DNA of 63,011 bases, filler included, from Asterionella formosa (lineage: Eukaryota): the NCBI GenBank assembly GCA_002256025.1. It is 10 parts of 10 records of this genome, joined end to end, with 100 filler letters (N's around TTAATTAATTAA, not from the genome) between each part and the next. Parts side by side here need not be neighbours in the genome. Positions count along the whole stretch, not along the records: positions 31,596 to 37,807 come from NKIB01012786.1; positions 37,908 to 44,111 come from NKIB01012787.1; positions 44,212 to 50,411 come from NKIB01012788.1; 7 more parts are not named here. One strand, written 5' to 3'. How positions within the stretch are numbered: position 1 is the first letter of the stretch; the number at the start of each line of letters is the position of its first letter. Under the pieces are notes generated by a model. It was not told where the DNA came from and ran no database searches. It saw nothing but the letters and a program-made list of their open reading frames with translations. The translations under genes and the position numbers were made by a program. Below are positions 35,982 to 48,960 of this stretch, in pieces.

Positions 35982-37907
35982 CAATCATAGCTAGTAAACA
36001 ACATCCATTATAGAACAGCACAATCTACTTCTCCGTAACATCGTCTCTCTAACAAGAATGTAATACATCTACAATTGAAACGCAGCATAGCAGGCGATAT
36101 GCACAAAGAAGCATTAGACTGTGCCGTCTATTTTTAGTAACAGAGTGATTCTGGTTTCGTAATTTTCATGTCTCATTAGATTTTCTTTGTCATTGTACTA
36201 GTTCCTTTCCTTTGAAGACAGGAGCGTAGCTATTCTTTGATGTATCTGGAATATTTCAATGGATGGCAGCAGTTAGATTCAGACACAAACCCCGACAAAA
36301 GCACTAGTACCTTGTCGATGTTCATGAAAAGCGAGACACTTTGCTTGGCCTATCGCCCAGCACCAGCCAGTCTATACTGCAAAAATGCAAGAAGCACAAG
36401 TTGAATGCCCATTTATGGATTCAAGTTTCAGTAGTGCAACAATGTAAAATATTAGAAACCGGAAGTCACATTTCATCTAATTACGGTTTTCATTAGCTAT
36501 ACTAGTATTGATTGGCTGAGAGGAAGCAATGGTAGAATGGCTGCCAAACGGGCGGGGGCAAACATGGAGAATCCTACTAATTATTCTCCCCAATGATCCC
36601 AGTCCCTTCTTGAATGTCACTTGCTACAGAAAATGGAGAACAGCCGCCATGATCTGTTGATTGTTGCTTTATGGTGCCACTGACCGAGACCTCCAGAAAT
36701 CTCAACGAGTTGCTTGTTTCTTGACTTGAATGCAAAAGGGATCGAAACCAGTGGAAAAATTAAACTAAAAATGCGCTGCAAACATTAGGACAATTGTGAA
36801 AGAGAAAGGAAGGTCCTTGGGAGGAGAAGTAAAGGGATAATTGCTTCTGGTCTTGCGGGAACAAGAATAGATTGACCCAAAAAAGAATGTTGACAAATAG
36901 GTACCTACGGGAAAAAGAAGCCATGCTTTCAGCATCATCAATCTATACACAAGCCTGCGCCACCTGATGTCGTCAATATATCTACCTCGACTTCATCAAT
37001 GAAGAAGTCAAGGGGTGGAGCATGTGAGGAAAATCGGGGTTGAGGTTTTCTTGACGCCAACGTGGACCTGCTTGGCTGAACTCCTTGCAGATGAAGGCAT
37101 TGAGTAACCTGGGCCAATGAAGCCGAAGGATAAAGAAAAATCTACGACAAGGGTGGTGAGATAGTGTTCAGGAGGGGGGAGCAAAAGATATCATAGCTGA
37201 ACGCATTCGAAACTTGTATTGACAATAAATGGTGACATGCCATGGCTGCTCTTGGCTGACAGCTGCCAAGTCAAGTACAAACACAACGAGCAAGGGTGCA
37301 CAAAAGACAGTCCATGACTGGCTGATAATTAGTTGTGAGACTCACCATTCTCCAATGGGGTGGACTTTGATCATTTCTTCATTCAAAGCACAATCAATTC
37401 GAATGCTGTCCAGTGGCTGAAACAGCCAATGAAAACAATTGTGCCGAAAAAGCGCAGAACAGATCAAGAGATTTCATAGGAATAACAATAACAAAAGCAG
37501 GGCATATATGATGCACTGCTCCTTGTGTAGACTAGCTATATTTGATCATTTCCATATTTCATAATATACAGGCAGGTGCATGGGTGACTCCTCCCGCCCT
37601 TTCATTAGTTATGCAGCCATGTTGCGATATTTCTACAGGACCTATAGGATTGGTAGTCTGGTGGTCATCATTTCTGCATTGTATATACCAGTAGGAGTCA
37701 TGTATGCATGCATGCTGCGATAATTCTTACAAGACATAAAAATTTGGTAGCTTGGGGGTTATCACTTCCGTACTGTATACAGGGGGAGGAAGGGGTTGCA
37801 TGCATGANNNNNNNNNNNNNNNNNNNNNNNNNNNNNNNNNNNNNNNNNNNNTTAATTAATTAANNNNNNNNNNNNNNNNNNNNNNNNNNNNNNNNNNNNN
37901 NNNNNNN

Positions 37908-38042
37908 ACCTGGTCCTGTACCTGGTCCTGTACCTGGTCCTGTACCTGGTCCTGTACCTGGTCCTGTACCTGGTCCTGTACCTGGTCCTGTACCTGGTCC
38001 TGTACCTGGTCCTGTACCTGTACCTGTACCTGTACCTGTACC
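37908..38042. repeat. Minisatellite (TACCTGGTCCTG)n grading into (TACCTG)n
   Basis: About nine 12 bp units then 6 bp units; begins at the gap. Confidence 0.9.
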
Positions 38043-38333
38043 CTGCTAAGTAACATCTCCTCGTCATTTCAGGGTCATGCCATGTACAACTGTACCTACC
38101 CTCTCTTTTCATATGATTACGATGGTGAGTTAAATCAATTGCATTGAGCATGTAACCAAGAACTAGGTTGACGCAGGTGGCTGATGTACTCTTTGATCAG
38201 CTGTTATCATCAGTGTCTTGTTGGACCATGTGTACGATGTATTATTTTATTGGCATTAGCAATAGTTCCTAACTCCACATCTTGCAGTCCAATCTCTTCC
38301 ATATATTTCTTGACCATTAATGTAATGATGGCT

Positions 38334-40949
38334 TCATTTTGACCTAATGGGCTCATCTGCATTCCATTGTCCATCATGTCGCACACGCCCATCAGGATAT
38401 GTTTCAACACCTTGCCCATGAGCCATACCTGTCTTCCATTCACCCTTGTAGGTACGTCCATCTTCCCAATGACATTCCCCAAATCCATCATATCGACCAT
38501 CGACCCAAGATCCCACATAGTATCCTCCATCAGAAAAGGTATATCGACCATGCCCTTCACGTTGACCCTGAACAAAATCACCTTGATAAGTTGCTCCATC
38601 GGGCCATTTAAAAGCCCCTTTACCATGTCGCTTGTCTTCGCTAAACGTGCCATCATAGATACGTCCATCTGACCAACAATAAAGTCCCCTTCCATGACGC
38701 TGATCAAATCTATACTCTCCTTCATATGAATCACCGTTCGCAAAGGTGGCCCTACCATGTCCATGCCATCGTCCATGCCTCCAATCTCCTTCAAATGTGC
38801 GGCCATCATCTTCATAGACCATGCGCCCGACACCATGTGGCATTCCTGTGGATCGCAAGACGAGACCTGTAAACCTTCCTCTGTCTCCATAGGGGTCCAA
38901 CAACGTTTGGGCAAATACCTTTTGGCGGTCGTCTCCATATGTGGATGATGCAACAGTATTGCTAATGGATTTATTGTCAACCTCGTCATATCTCTTCAAG
39001 TATTGCTGAGAATAAAACGATTGTTCCAAGGTCCCCATCGTGACTTCTTCTTGCAATGGCACAGTGGATGGGATGTCACTACTAAATTCCAAACCCTTTG
39101 GGATTGACGTCCCACGAGGAATTTCTGATTTTCCAGCTGCGTTGAGTGCAGCCCGTGTGGGGAGTGCTGCTGATTTCTTGTTTACGTGGCCATCATCCTC
39201 GAAATCTCGTCTCAATGGAGTAATGGACGTAGTAGACGCTCTCATGGGCTCGCCGCGGTGAACTGGAGGCGTTGCTTTACGCGTAATGGTTGGCATTTTT
39301 GCAGCGGCAATAGTGGGCAAGGGCTTAGTGATATCAAAATCATCATCTCCTTCATCGGCGTCATAGTCTTGTTCCCTTGGTGAAAATGTAAACTCTTTAG
39401 GTGCGTCTTCATTGTAAACACTGTCGTTGGTACTTTCCTCGTCATGAGTTTTATTTCTATAATCATTGCGGGAATCAATCGATTTATTGACAGCCGCAGC
39501 AGGTTGGTCGGCATTCGAAGAACTTGAAGCATCAAAGACAAATTCCACTGGAGTATTATCACCGTGAGAAGCAACAGATTTATTAAAACCAGCTGGTACA
39601 TCGGCCACGAATGAAGAACTTGAAGCATCAAACACAAATTCGGCTGAATTATGATCACTACGAGGAGCAGCAGTTTTATTGACAGCAGCTGGCATATCGG
39701 CATTGGATGAATAACTCGAAGCATCGAACACATACTCCGCTGGATTCTTATCACTGTGAGTTGATCCAGCAGTAGCTGGATCATTGTCAAGTGAAGAACC
39801 CGTAGCATCAAACACAAACTCAGCTGGGGTATTGTCATCGCGAGCGAGAACAGATTTATTGTCGGCAGAGGCAGCAACTGACACTTCGGCAATAGATGAA
39901 TTTGAAGTGTTAGAAAATGCATATTCCGCTGGATTCTCCCCCACACTTGCAAACCTGTTAAGTGATGGTTTGGTAGAATCAGTCGAACTGTCCATGTTCA
40001 GCGTTAAGGTTTTTGTTCTTGTTGGAGGAGGCGAGTCCTGTTGTTGAGGAGCGGTTGTCGTTGTTTGAATACTAGCAGGGACATCTTCCTTGTCCGCCAT
40101 GTTTCTTGCACTAATGATTGCTGCACTTGTCGCCACCGTAGTAGCTTGTTTGATGGCTTCTGGATCAATTTGTCCATCTGGGCCTGCCATCATGTGTTGT
40201 CCACCACCAACACTTACATGCAATTCTTGAATATGAATTTCCTTATTTCCCTTACTTCCTCCCCGTCGTCCTGTTGATGACAAGGCTGCCAATTTGATCA
40301 ATTTCAATTCATGTTGCATCCGTTGTTCTTGATGTAACAATCGTTCTCGTAACAATGCCAATTGTACTTCTTTTTCCAACAACAGTTGTTGTTGTGCATC
40401 GACCTTTGAGCGCAATTGTGCAACATCTCGTTCCCGTTGTGCTAACGTCCAATCAAGTCTTTGTTGCATGCGACTCATTTGACTTGCAAGTGTGTCCAGT
40501 GTGTAATTCCCGCGTTTATACAACATCAACGATGGGTCATCGTCGTTTACCAGTGGTGGTGGTATAATCACGATGTTGTTCTTTGTCTTCAATTGTGGCT
40601 GTTCATCTGTATCTTCATTGATAAGCCGCTTACTCCCGCCAGTTTTCTTTTGAAACATGAGTAGCGATCCACGAAAGTCTACTTCTTCATCATATTCATT
40701 GTCATCGACAACAAACGTATAGTCCTCAGTATTTTTCTCCAATTCTTTCAATTGCAAATCTAAAAGAGCTCTCTTCTCTTTTAATGTCATGCGTTCTTTT
40801 TTAAAGTCAGCATCGCATAATGGACATGTCATTGTTTCTTCATTGCAAAGAAATACGTGAGGATGTCGTGAACAAGCGCCATGTTCATTCATCACTACTG
40901 TACCATCATCCATGATGGCAGTGTCGTCGTCATTGTTGTCATTGCTCAT
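38334..40949 (-). CDS. MORN-repeat protein with N-terminal Cys/His motif, coiled coils and internal repeats
   Basis: Multiple Y-x-G-x-W/F...HG-x-G MORN units at the C-terminus; 871 aa open frame. Confidence 0.9.
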   Translation of the reverse strand: MSNDNNDDDTAIMDDGTVVMNEHGACSRHPHVFLCNEETMTCPLCDADFKKERMTLKEKRALLDLQLKELEKNTEDYTFVVDDNEYDEEVDFRGSLLMFQKKTGGSKRLINEDTDEQPQLKTKNNIVIIPPPLVNDDDPSLMLYKRGNYTLDTLASQMSRMQQRLDWTLAQRERDVAQLRSKVDAQQQLLLEKEVQLALLRERLLHQEQRMQHELKLIKLAALSSTGRRGGSKGNKEIHIQELHVSVGGGQHMMAGPDGQIDPEAIKQATTVATSAAIISARNMADKEDVPASIQTTTTAPQQQDSPPPTRTKTLTLNMDSSTDSTKPSLNRFASVGENPAEYAFSNTSNSSIAEVSVAASADNKSVLARDDNTPAEFVFDATGSSLDNDPATAGSTHSDKNPAEYVFDASSYSSNADMPAAVNKTAAPRSDHNSAEFVFDASSSSFVADVPAGFNKSVASHGDNTPVEFVFDASSSSNADQPAAAVNKSIDSRNDYRNKTHDEESTNDSVYNEDAPKEFTFSPREQDYDADEGDDDFDITKPLPTIAAAKMPTITRKATPPVHRGEPMRASTTSITPLRRDFEDDGHVNKKSAALPTRAALNAAGKSEIPRGTSIPKGLEFSSDIPSTVPLQEEVTMGTLEQSFYSQQYLKRYDEVDNKSISNTVASSTYGDDRQKVFAQTLLDPYGDRGRFTGLVLRSTGMPHGVGRMVYEDDGRTFEGDWRHGRWHGHGRATFANGDSYEGEYRFDQRHGRGLYCWSDGRIYDGTFSEDKRHGKGAFKWPDGATYQGDFVQGQREGHGRYTFSDGGYYVGSWVDGRYDGFGECHWEDGRTYKGEWKTGMAHGQGVETYPDGRVRHDGQWNADEPIRSK

Positions 40950-42773
40950 TCTTGCTCTGTCTTGCTCTGTGTGTTCTGAGTTGTTCCGTTCTTTTCTGAT
41001 TTGCCCTGTTAGCTGTTGCTTCTTTTAGTATTTTCCTTCACGCGACGTACGTCGGTTTCGTTCGTTGTTGCCTCACTTGATATCAGAATTGGTGTGTTAT
41101 TTCCTTGGGATATCGTCCTCGTTTATCGCTCTCGTTCGCTTGTGTTCAAACTCAGAAACAAGTAAATTAGTAAGAAAGATAAAAATAAGCAAGGTAAGCA
41201 AAACGCAATGTGTACCAGTATACGGTACTACCATACCGTTACCAACTACCGGTGTACTATGCCTGCGATTGGAATAAACCATGCAAGCCTCCTGTCGTTG
41301 ATTTGTACACAAGATATGGGGTCATATTTTATCATGAATCATTTTGCTTTCCATGATTCTATTGTGTATACGTGACTTAAATGGCCCACTTTTCTACGTT
41401 GGAAAAATATGTTGAGGGTATATGATATACCTGTACCGGTATGTCTATAGATCATTTTATTAAATGTTTATTGATGTTTAACAGTACTCACGTTGTTCTT
41501 ATATTACCGGCAAAACTCTTCTCTTGTGCTTACCTAATGTCTCGCTCAATCAATTGTAATATTTATATCTCATTCCAGATCATCGATTTATCATTTATAT
41601 TTCAAGAAAATTTTACGGACGAAATCTTCAATATACAGATCCAATGAAATAGTGAGTCATGGTATCATTGCTAATAGTACCAGGTACCTGTACAATTGAA
41701 GTACAGTAGGAAATGGTCACATTCTAAACATGTAGGATTACCTTTAGTACTGGTACCTGGTTCCATTGGTACCAGGTGGCAGGGGAGTATTACACGGGCC
41801 AAAGCATGATTAAAATTTTGTCATCACGACCTACCGGTATCTTACACACTGCAGTTGCTACCTGGTACAAGGACGAATGATCTTTGCTACATCTATGTTT
41901 ACAGTTACCGGTATACGAACATCAAATTCTTTCCCTCAGTTATACACGAACGACATGCCGGTAAATAATAACGGTAATCATTTTTTGAAACACATCCCTG
42001 GTAGCCTCCCATACCAGTTCCGGTACCTGGCACTTACCAGCACTGTTTGCCTGTACTATTCCAACGATTGTTGACAATCATAGACGAAGAACTCCAGGCG
42101 AAAGTAGTAGCAAGTTGCGGTCATTTTGATGAAATGGACAACATTACGCAGGACAGGCACTCAAAACGACGAAATAGAAAACGTCATCAACTCTCTCGTT
42201 GAGTCGAAACTATCACGACTTGTTAGTGACATTAATAATGATTTCAGCTAAACACGGAAACGTCAAAACGAGGCAAATGGCTAGAAAAAGAAAATGACAA
42301 TTCCAACCTATGCATGCTGATGGCTGGACTAATCCTGCAGCTGAGGGTACCTCGTACTCCCCTCTGTCTAGTAACAGTTAGTTGCATCGATAATTCAAAT
42401 TTATCCGGGGCCATTTTGACTCCTACGATTTTCTCCGGCTCAATTGCCCTATTGTGCGGCTTGCTCTAAGCTACAGAATCATCTATACATTATAAATAGA
42501 AAGATTAAAATTGGCAACCACATTTGAAAAAAACGTTTTTGGGATTTTTCGATTTTCACTTTTAGCTATCTCGAGCAAAATGCAGATGCATGAGGACCCA
42601 TTTTTCTTCGAACCATCTATTCTCAACATACGTACAAAGTACGATATAACAGTAGAACGACTGCAACTTGCGTTCAATTATGGAATGTGCAACCCCGAAA
42701 GTGGCGATGATGGGAAGGAAGAAAACGACGGTATGCTCGTTTTGGGTATTGTAACCATTAGACATCCGGTGGC

Positions 42774-43265
42774 ATGGTCCATGTAGGTGCAACAACCGTA
42801 GAAAGTATACCGAAGGACAATTGGCCAAATATTCTTGCTGCTACACTGGAATGGAAGCGAATTTCAGGCATTGTCATTATTACAAAAGAAACAAAAAGGC
42901 AACAAGAATTCAATACACTTCACGGAAAAGTACTTACATTGAAGGAACAGAACAAAACAAAAGAACAGATGTCTGTCCCAGAATTGAAATTAATGGTGCG
43001 TTGGTACAAACGATCAGGTGATTTGCCGGTTCCACAAACAAGGCAAGCTCTGATTACAAGATTCAACAGCACCAATCATCATGGTGACCAGCAGCCGTCA
43101 TTCCCTCTCCATACACCTCCTATTTCTGTGGTTGTTGTTATGCACCTCCTCCTGTTGCTATTCCCTCTCCTTCTACAACTGCTACTGCCGATCCACCATT
43201 CCGTGATGAAGTTTGAGACTCCGCAAGCAAGTAATTGGATGCAAAGAAGCTCGAGATTAATGTAA
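42774..43265 (+). pseudogene. Possible DNA-transposase C-terminal remnant
   Basis: MSVPELKLMVRWYKRSGDLPVPQTRQALITRF is a SAP-like tail of a kind I recall from transposon proteins; it lies just inside a repeated terminus at about 43473. Confidence 0.3.
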
Positions 43266-43349
43266 TGCATCAGAAAAATTCTCCAATGATGATGCTGCCC
43301 TGTAAAAGTGTGAAACGTAAAGTAATAAGAAAATAATTATGTAGTATTA

Positions 43350-43473
43350 ACGGGGTAAAAATAAACACGGTTTGGGGGGAAAATATATATTTGTACAGAT
43401 AGAATAATATGCACTGTAAGCCAATGCTATGCAATAATTTTAGTGACTTTGGAAAAATTATTTCTTCATGGCT
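43350..43473 (-). repeat. AGCCAT-terminus repeat family (also about 57990-58111, and about 23662-23770 on the plus strand)
   Basis: Shared CACGGTTTGGGG...TGTAAGCCA...TCTTCATGGCT with abrupt common end. Confidence 0.55.
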
Positions 43474-44111
43474 ACATCTAAGCCGCGAAATACGCCACTT
43501 TTCGAAATTTCGTCTACGTATGAGTGTTAATTATGTGGTACTTCACATGCATTAATGCCACTCTTCACGTAAAAAAGATTACTTTTAACGGTTTCATGTG
43601 AAGTTTTAACTGTTTCATGTGAAGTTTTCACAATGAATTTTGAACGCGAGACTGAATTAGTTGATGTTTCAAATAATTCATTTGACTTTTCGAAATTTCG
43701 TCTACCATCTAAGCCGCGTATTACGTGAAGTGACCATCACATAAATAAGCCTAGTTGATTTTGAATGCATCACATGAATTAGTTGAATACATCAAAATAC
43801 GTAGTTGAATATATCTATATATTATCTGAATACATCACGTTAAATATTTGATCAAAGTATCATGCATGCATTCCTGATCATCACTATATTATGTGATCAC
43901 GTTCACATAATTATTTGAAATACTTCACATAATTATTTGAAATACTTCACATAATTATTTGAAATACTTCACATAATTATTTGAAAATACTTCACATAAT
44001 TATTTGAAATACTTCACGTAATTCTGTAATTTCGTTCACATAATTCTAGAATAAAGTTCACTTAATATGTAACATTTGTTTACGTAATTTTCTGGAGTTC
44101 ATTCAACTAAA
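43474..44111 (+). mobile_element. TA-flanked repeat starting CATCTAAG with 22 bp tandem array (about 43902-44020)
   Basis: 43473-43601 is nearly identical to 56584-56712; unit TTCACATAATTATTTGAAATAC occurs about five times. Confidence 0.6.
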
Positions 44112-47100
44112 NNNNNNNNNNNNNNNNNNNNNNNNNNNNNNNNNNNNNNNNNNNNTTAATTAATTAANNNNNNNNNNNNNNNNNNNNNNNNNNNNNNNNN
44201 NNNNNNNNNNNGGGGTTGGAAAAGGTTTGGTGATCACTCCTATTTATATAGGAGCAATTTTCATAACTATATACAAGGAAAATATATTTGAAATCATTCT
44301 GTCATGTCAACAATCAATGCCTGCTTTGTGAAAAGAAATATCGTAGTAAAGTAAATGACAAGAAAGGAAAGTTTACGCGACAACGAAAAACATTGTGGCT
44401 TCGACACATTGCGCCTTTGAAGGATGGAGTTTGTTTAAGGTAATGAAGCCATCAATGTGGTACTTGGATGACAATCATTGGGAGGCAGGACAACAACAAA
44501 TGTAAACTAAACTCACATTTCCTTTCTTCTCAGTTGATTCAATAGCTCGTTTCGCTTGTTGGGGAACACCAACATTGTAAAAAAAAACCAAAATTGGTAA
44601 GTGCTCTTGTCGTTGGACCTTTTCACTTCTGTTGGAACATAACTGATGGACACGCCACTTTACCTTCTCTCAAAGTTAAGCTAACGAAAATAAATAGTTA
44701 AGCTTTATTCGACAACATTGGATACCTGAAACTTACTTATTCAAGAATTTACTGACAATTTACTATTACAGACTTATGCATCACTTGCTTTGATTTGTGG
44801 TAAGTGAAGCAAGAAAGAGGATACGATGGAATGGTGTGATGTTTGTCAGTGTAACATGACTAGCTAACAAGTCATTCCTTCTGATTGTTACTGTAACTGC
44901 ATAGGACAATAAAACCGATCAAACAACGGAATAGTCAGCGAGTTCAGAATGAAACTAACAGCAGGGGAATAGACGCAACATTAGTAGGCACTGCATGACA
45001 CATGATTCAGAATTGAGGAAGGAAAGGGCGAGACAGTATATACATTGAGACAAGAGGAGAGGAGAGGAGAGAAACATTCCTTGGGTAGCTGTCGAAACAG
45101 AAGTATCATTTGCTAAATTTGTTAATTAGGTTACGATCCATTCCAATCCTTTTTGAACAATGCTTGTGATTAGAATTATGATCATGTTTAAGATAGATTT
45201 ACGATGAAACAATTCACATGATAGCATAGAGATGAGCTGATTTTAGGATGCGTTGTAGTAATAATTTACATCTGGCGATCATGAGAACTGAAAATAATAT
45301 GAGAAAGTTTATGATATTGATGAGAAATGTTGTTGATCAGTTAATATACATTGTGTGATGATAATGTTGATTCTAATTATCATTATACTTCAAGGTCGGT
45401 AAAATATTAATAAATCATCATAGTGATAGGATACCTTGATCATAGTTTTGATCCAAAAATAATCATGTACACGAAAATCCTGTGCCACTTAGCTAGCATA
45501 TGATACCCTTGATCCTATATGCATGATACATTTTATTTGCAGTTGACTAAAAGTATGAGGATGGAAAATTAAGAATACTTTTACATCAAATTTTGTTCAA
45601 TGACTTTGATATTATTGTAATCTATTCTGCACTTCAACTACAAATATGATTTCATAAAATTTAGATTATGATTACATGTACTAATCAAAAGTACTATGAT
45701 TTTTAATGAAAGCGTCCTCATATGATCCATTCTTTATGTACAACACTTCTTTGTGTGTATCCATGTATTGATGTTGTGCCAATGACAAAGCTAAATTATT
45801 TCATTAGCTTCAAAGCGGTATATAAAATATCTAAATACCCTTAAATTAATTTATTCTACAGGGAAGGTGGATTATAATGTTTCATAATGCACATTTGCCA
45901 TCAATTACTGGTACCAGTACTACATAGTACACTATATGATTTCTACTAATGGGCTAAACAAATCTATGTGCGATCTAAATAAATATATGATATTAAGGTT
46001 AGCCTAATTCATGAGTGCGGTAAACCGCTTTTTTGCCCCAAAGAAAAGGTCGATCGAGTCTTTCACTTGTAAGGCTGAAGCTTCTTATGGTGCCCGGAAT
46101 ACGAAGATCGAATATTGCGAAGCAATCACGTCAAAATCTTCGATTTTGTATTCGGGAAAATTTATTGCCACACCTTATGGTCCCAAAGATAAAATAGTAC
46201 GTCAATCCTTTCGCAAATGACCGATCTCGTGAATTGATACTTATTTACTACATGAAAATTGGTAGTCTCGTTTGTAGGAATATTATTGTAATTAAATAGA
46301 ATGAAAATCCTCAACAATAAATGCTGTTATCGTCTTCGTTGCTGTTGTTAAAAGGTGATTGGCCTTCACATCAGCCTATCTCCTTTATATCGGCCTATCT
46401 CCTTTTTCCTCTTCCACCACCAGCATCTCCCTACCATCACCATGGCGACTCAAGGACCAACTAAATACTCAACTGAGGAGGATTATTCCGTTTGCGAACG
46501 CATTCGATATTGGATAGGCGGTCCCTTTCAAGTGCACATGCTTCGATTGCATCAAGGGACAAAAAGATATTTCGAGATATTACTGAAAAGTTTTTTCGAA
46601 TTCTGGATGACGACCTTGAGGATGATATGTGCAATACTGTCTTATGACCTCAACTGCAACCACATGCATGGGTGCCAGAGGATAAATCGAGCATGACTGG
46701 CGATACCTTGTGGAGAAAGTGACAGGAGATTAGTAACAAGCTTTGCAACAGTGGTATCATTTCTAGTTCTAACATCGCCAAGTATTTGCACAAACTTCCA
46801 AGTAGACAAGGTTTTGTAGGATGCATATTTCAAATTAGTCTGCTATATTTACAAACAAAGTTTCCAAAAGAAGAAACAAATGTGTCAAATCATAATTTAT
46901 GTTGTAGATCTCCTACCTGCTCAATCAGCCAACAGACTCAAAATCATGGTTGTTCCAAGCCCACCTAATCATCGGGAATACAAGGACCCAAATTTGTACT
47001 TTTTGCTTACTTTAAAGATTTTTCAGAAAAATTTACAATTGGTTACAGATGTGAAAGTGACTGATGTGTGTTGTAAGTATAAGTCGATGAGAGACACTGC

Positions 47101-47759
47101 TGGCAGATCGCAAAGAGAAGAAGCATACTAAGTAGCATGGAAGGAGTAGCAAATGAAAGCATCATCATGATAATGATCATACATCACCAAGCAAACCCAA
47201 CAGATAACTCCAACCATGATGGATGTTGATGCTCAATTTTCAAGCAGTGCAAACTCGAAAGGGAAAAACTGGTGAGATTGTTGCTAATTTTGATTGACAT
47301 GAGAGATTCTAGCAAAAACTCCCTGAAGACAGCAGATATCATGCAGTTGTTTAGAATTGTTTTGATAATCTACCTTCCCTACAAAACATATCATGTTGAG
47401 AATACAAGTGTTATGACTGATGAAAGTGTTGTCAGTTCAACAACAAGTGTCTTTGGAAATGAGCTCAATCCAACAAATACTACGCCAATTCCCTCTTTTG
47501 TTCATAATGATGAGCAAGATAAAGATGAAGGTCCAGGACTAGGTGGGATTTTTATTGACTGCCAAGTCATAAACAGTGAACAACTTGCATTGATTGCAAC
47601 AAATTTGTCTGCTCCATTTGCTGTGATGGTTTTCGAAATCTCCAGAATATTTTTTTTGTGGTGCATGGTTTTCTATGCACAGCTCCGATGTCCAGGAAAA
47701 AATTTGGCAACATAAATACACATGAAAATGGTTTACTAAATAGTTACAGAATATATATA

Positions 47760-48960
47760 GTTTCAGAAATGCAGCGAACTCCAGACATATCATCCCCTCC
47801 TAGTACCAAGTCTACTGGCGGACTAACCTACACGCTGCTTCTGATCCTCCTCCTGTGTACCATGCCCGTTTTGGGCTCCTTTGCTGCCGCTCTTCCACTT
47901 AATTTACCTCCACCACCAGTGTTTCATCAAACCAACACTGCTTTTAGAATTCATAGAATACGGAATCATCGAGAACCCCTCTCTCTACACTGCACAAGAA
48001 TCCCAAAGCCACAGAACCATTGGTTGGCGCATATTTCACGCACCACTCTCTAATCCCTGCATTTGCCACCACTGTCACTTCTCCTCCTCCTTGACGGACC
48101 CCTGCCTCTCCTGCTTATCATGTCCTGATAAACCATTTTTATGGTCCGCACAGCTATTCGAAAAGAGTCATCTACCACAGCCAGTCCCAAACCCTCTATT
48201 TTTCCGGCCTCCAAAAAGGCACCTTACCCAGCGCTACATCTGACAAAGTCTCCTCCCCCTATCAAAACCTCCCCAAACCCGAGAACACAGCGCCTTTCGA
48301 CCGCTCTTACCACTCTGTAAGGCTCGTCCATTTCAGCCTAGCATTCAATTATTTGATTCCTACTCAGAAAACTATTCCTCCGCCCAAGATTGCAGATCCA
48401 ATTCACTCCAATATCACTGCATTATTCTTTCATTCTAGGCCTCCTTTCAACAATATTTTGCTTCCACATCTTTGCGCCAGTGATTATCCCATTCATTTTA
48501 ATAGCACCAGCTAACTCAATACTCTGCTTTCTCCAGCTTCCAACATGCCTTCAGCTATCAGCCAAGCAACTCAATCATTTCACTCATCTGAACTTTGCTA
48601 GCTACCTCTTAATGTCCTCATTCTTACTAGCATCCAAGATATTCTCACAACTCTCTCTCTGCCTTCTAGGACCATGCATCCATTCTTTTCCTCTCTTTCT
48701 CACCCTGCTTCAAAGACGATTTGTCATGAACATTTGTTTCTCTCACTTTCTCCACCAAAATCTAAGTGCTACATGGGCTCCTTGCCTGAGTCACACCCAA
48801 TAACAAAACCTCCTCATCTTACTCTAAGAGCCGCATGGGCTCCTTGCCTGGCTCCCCTGTCCTAAATTCACAATCCTGGCCCTCTGTGCCACGGTGCAAC
48901 CCAAAGAACTCCACCATAGTCAAGGCTCTATAATGCATACTTAAGAATTTTCTTTGCAAC
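47760..48960 (+). mobile_element. 5'-truncated non-LTR retroelement (stem-loop family) with 19 bp target-site duplication
   Basis: TAGTTACAGAATATATATA (47741-47759) / TAGTTACATAATATATATA (48961-48979); the 3' end is shared with three other copies. Confidence 0.7.

Noticed and set aside
36115..36130. TAGAC-TGTGCC-GTCTA as the second end of the GTCTGC family
   Set aside because: Only 5 bp arms and no equivalent found in the 54746 copy; could be chance.
37852..38151. YRTR/QDQV repeat ORFs
   Set aside because: Translations of a 12 bp minisatellite running into a gap.
38210..38989. 259 aa ORF overlapping the MORN gene
   Set aside because: Alternative frame of the MORN repeats with no independent protein features.
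43902..44020. CRISPR-like array
   Set aside because: 22 bp units are head-to-tail with no unique spacers; no cas genes; eukaryotic context.
46441..47131. Myb/SANT-like Harbinger partner gene
   Set aside because: Only a vague resemblance (KYSTEED..., TLWRK) in broken frames; not supportable without a profile search.
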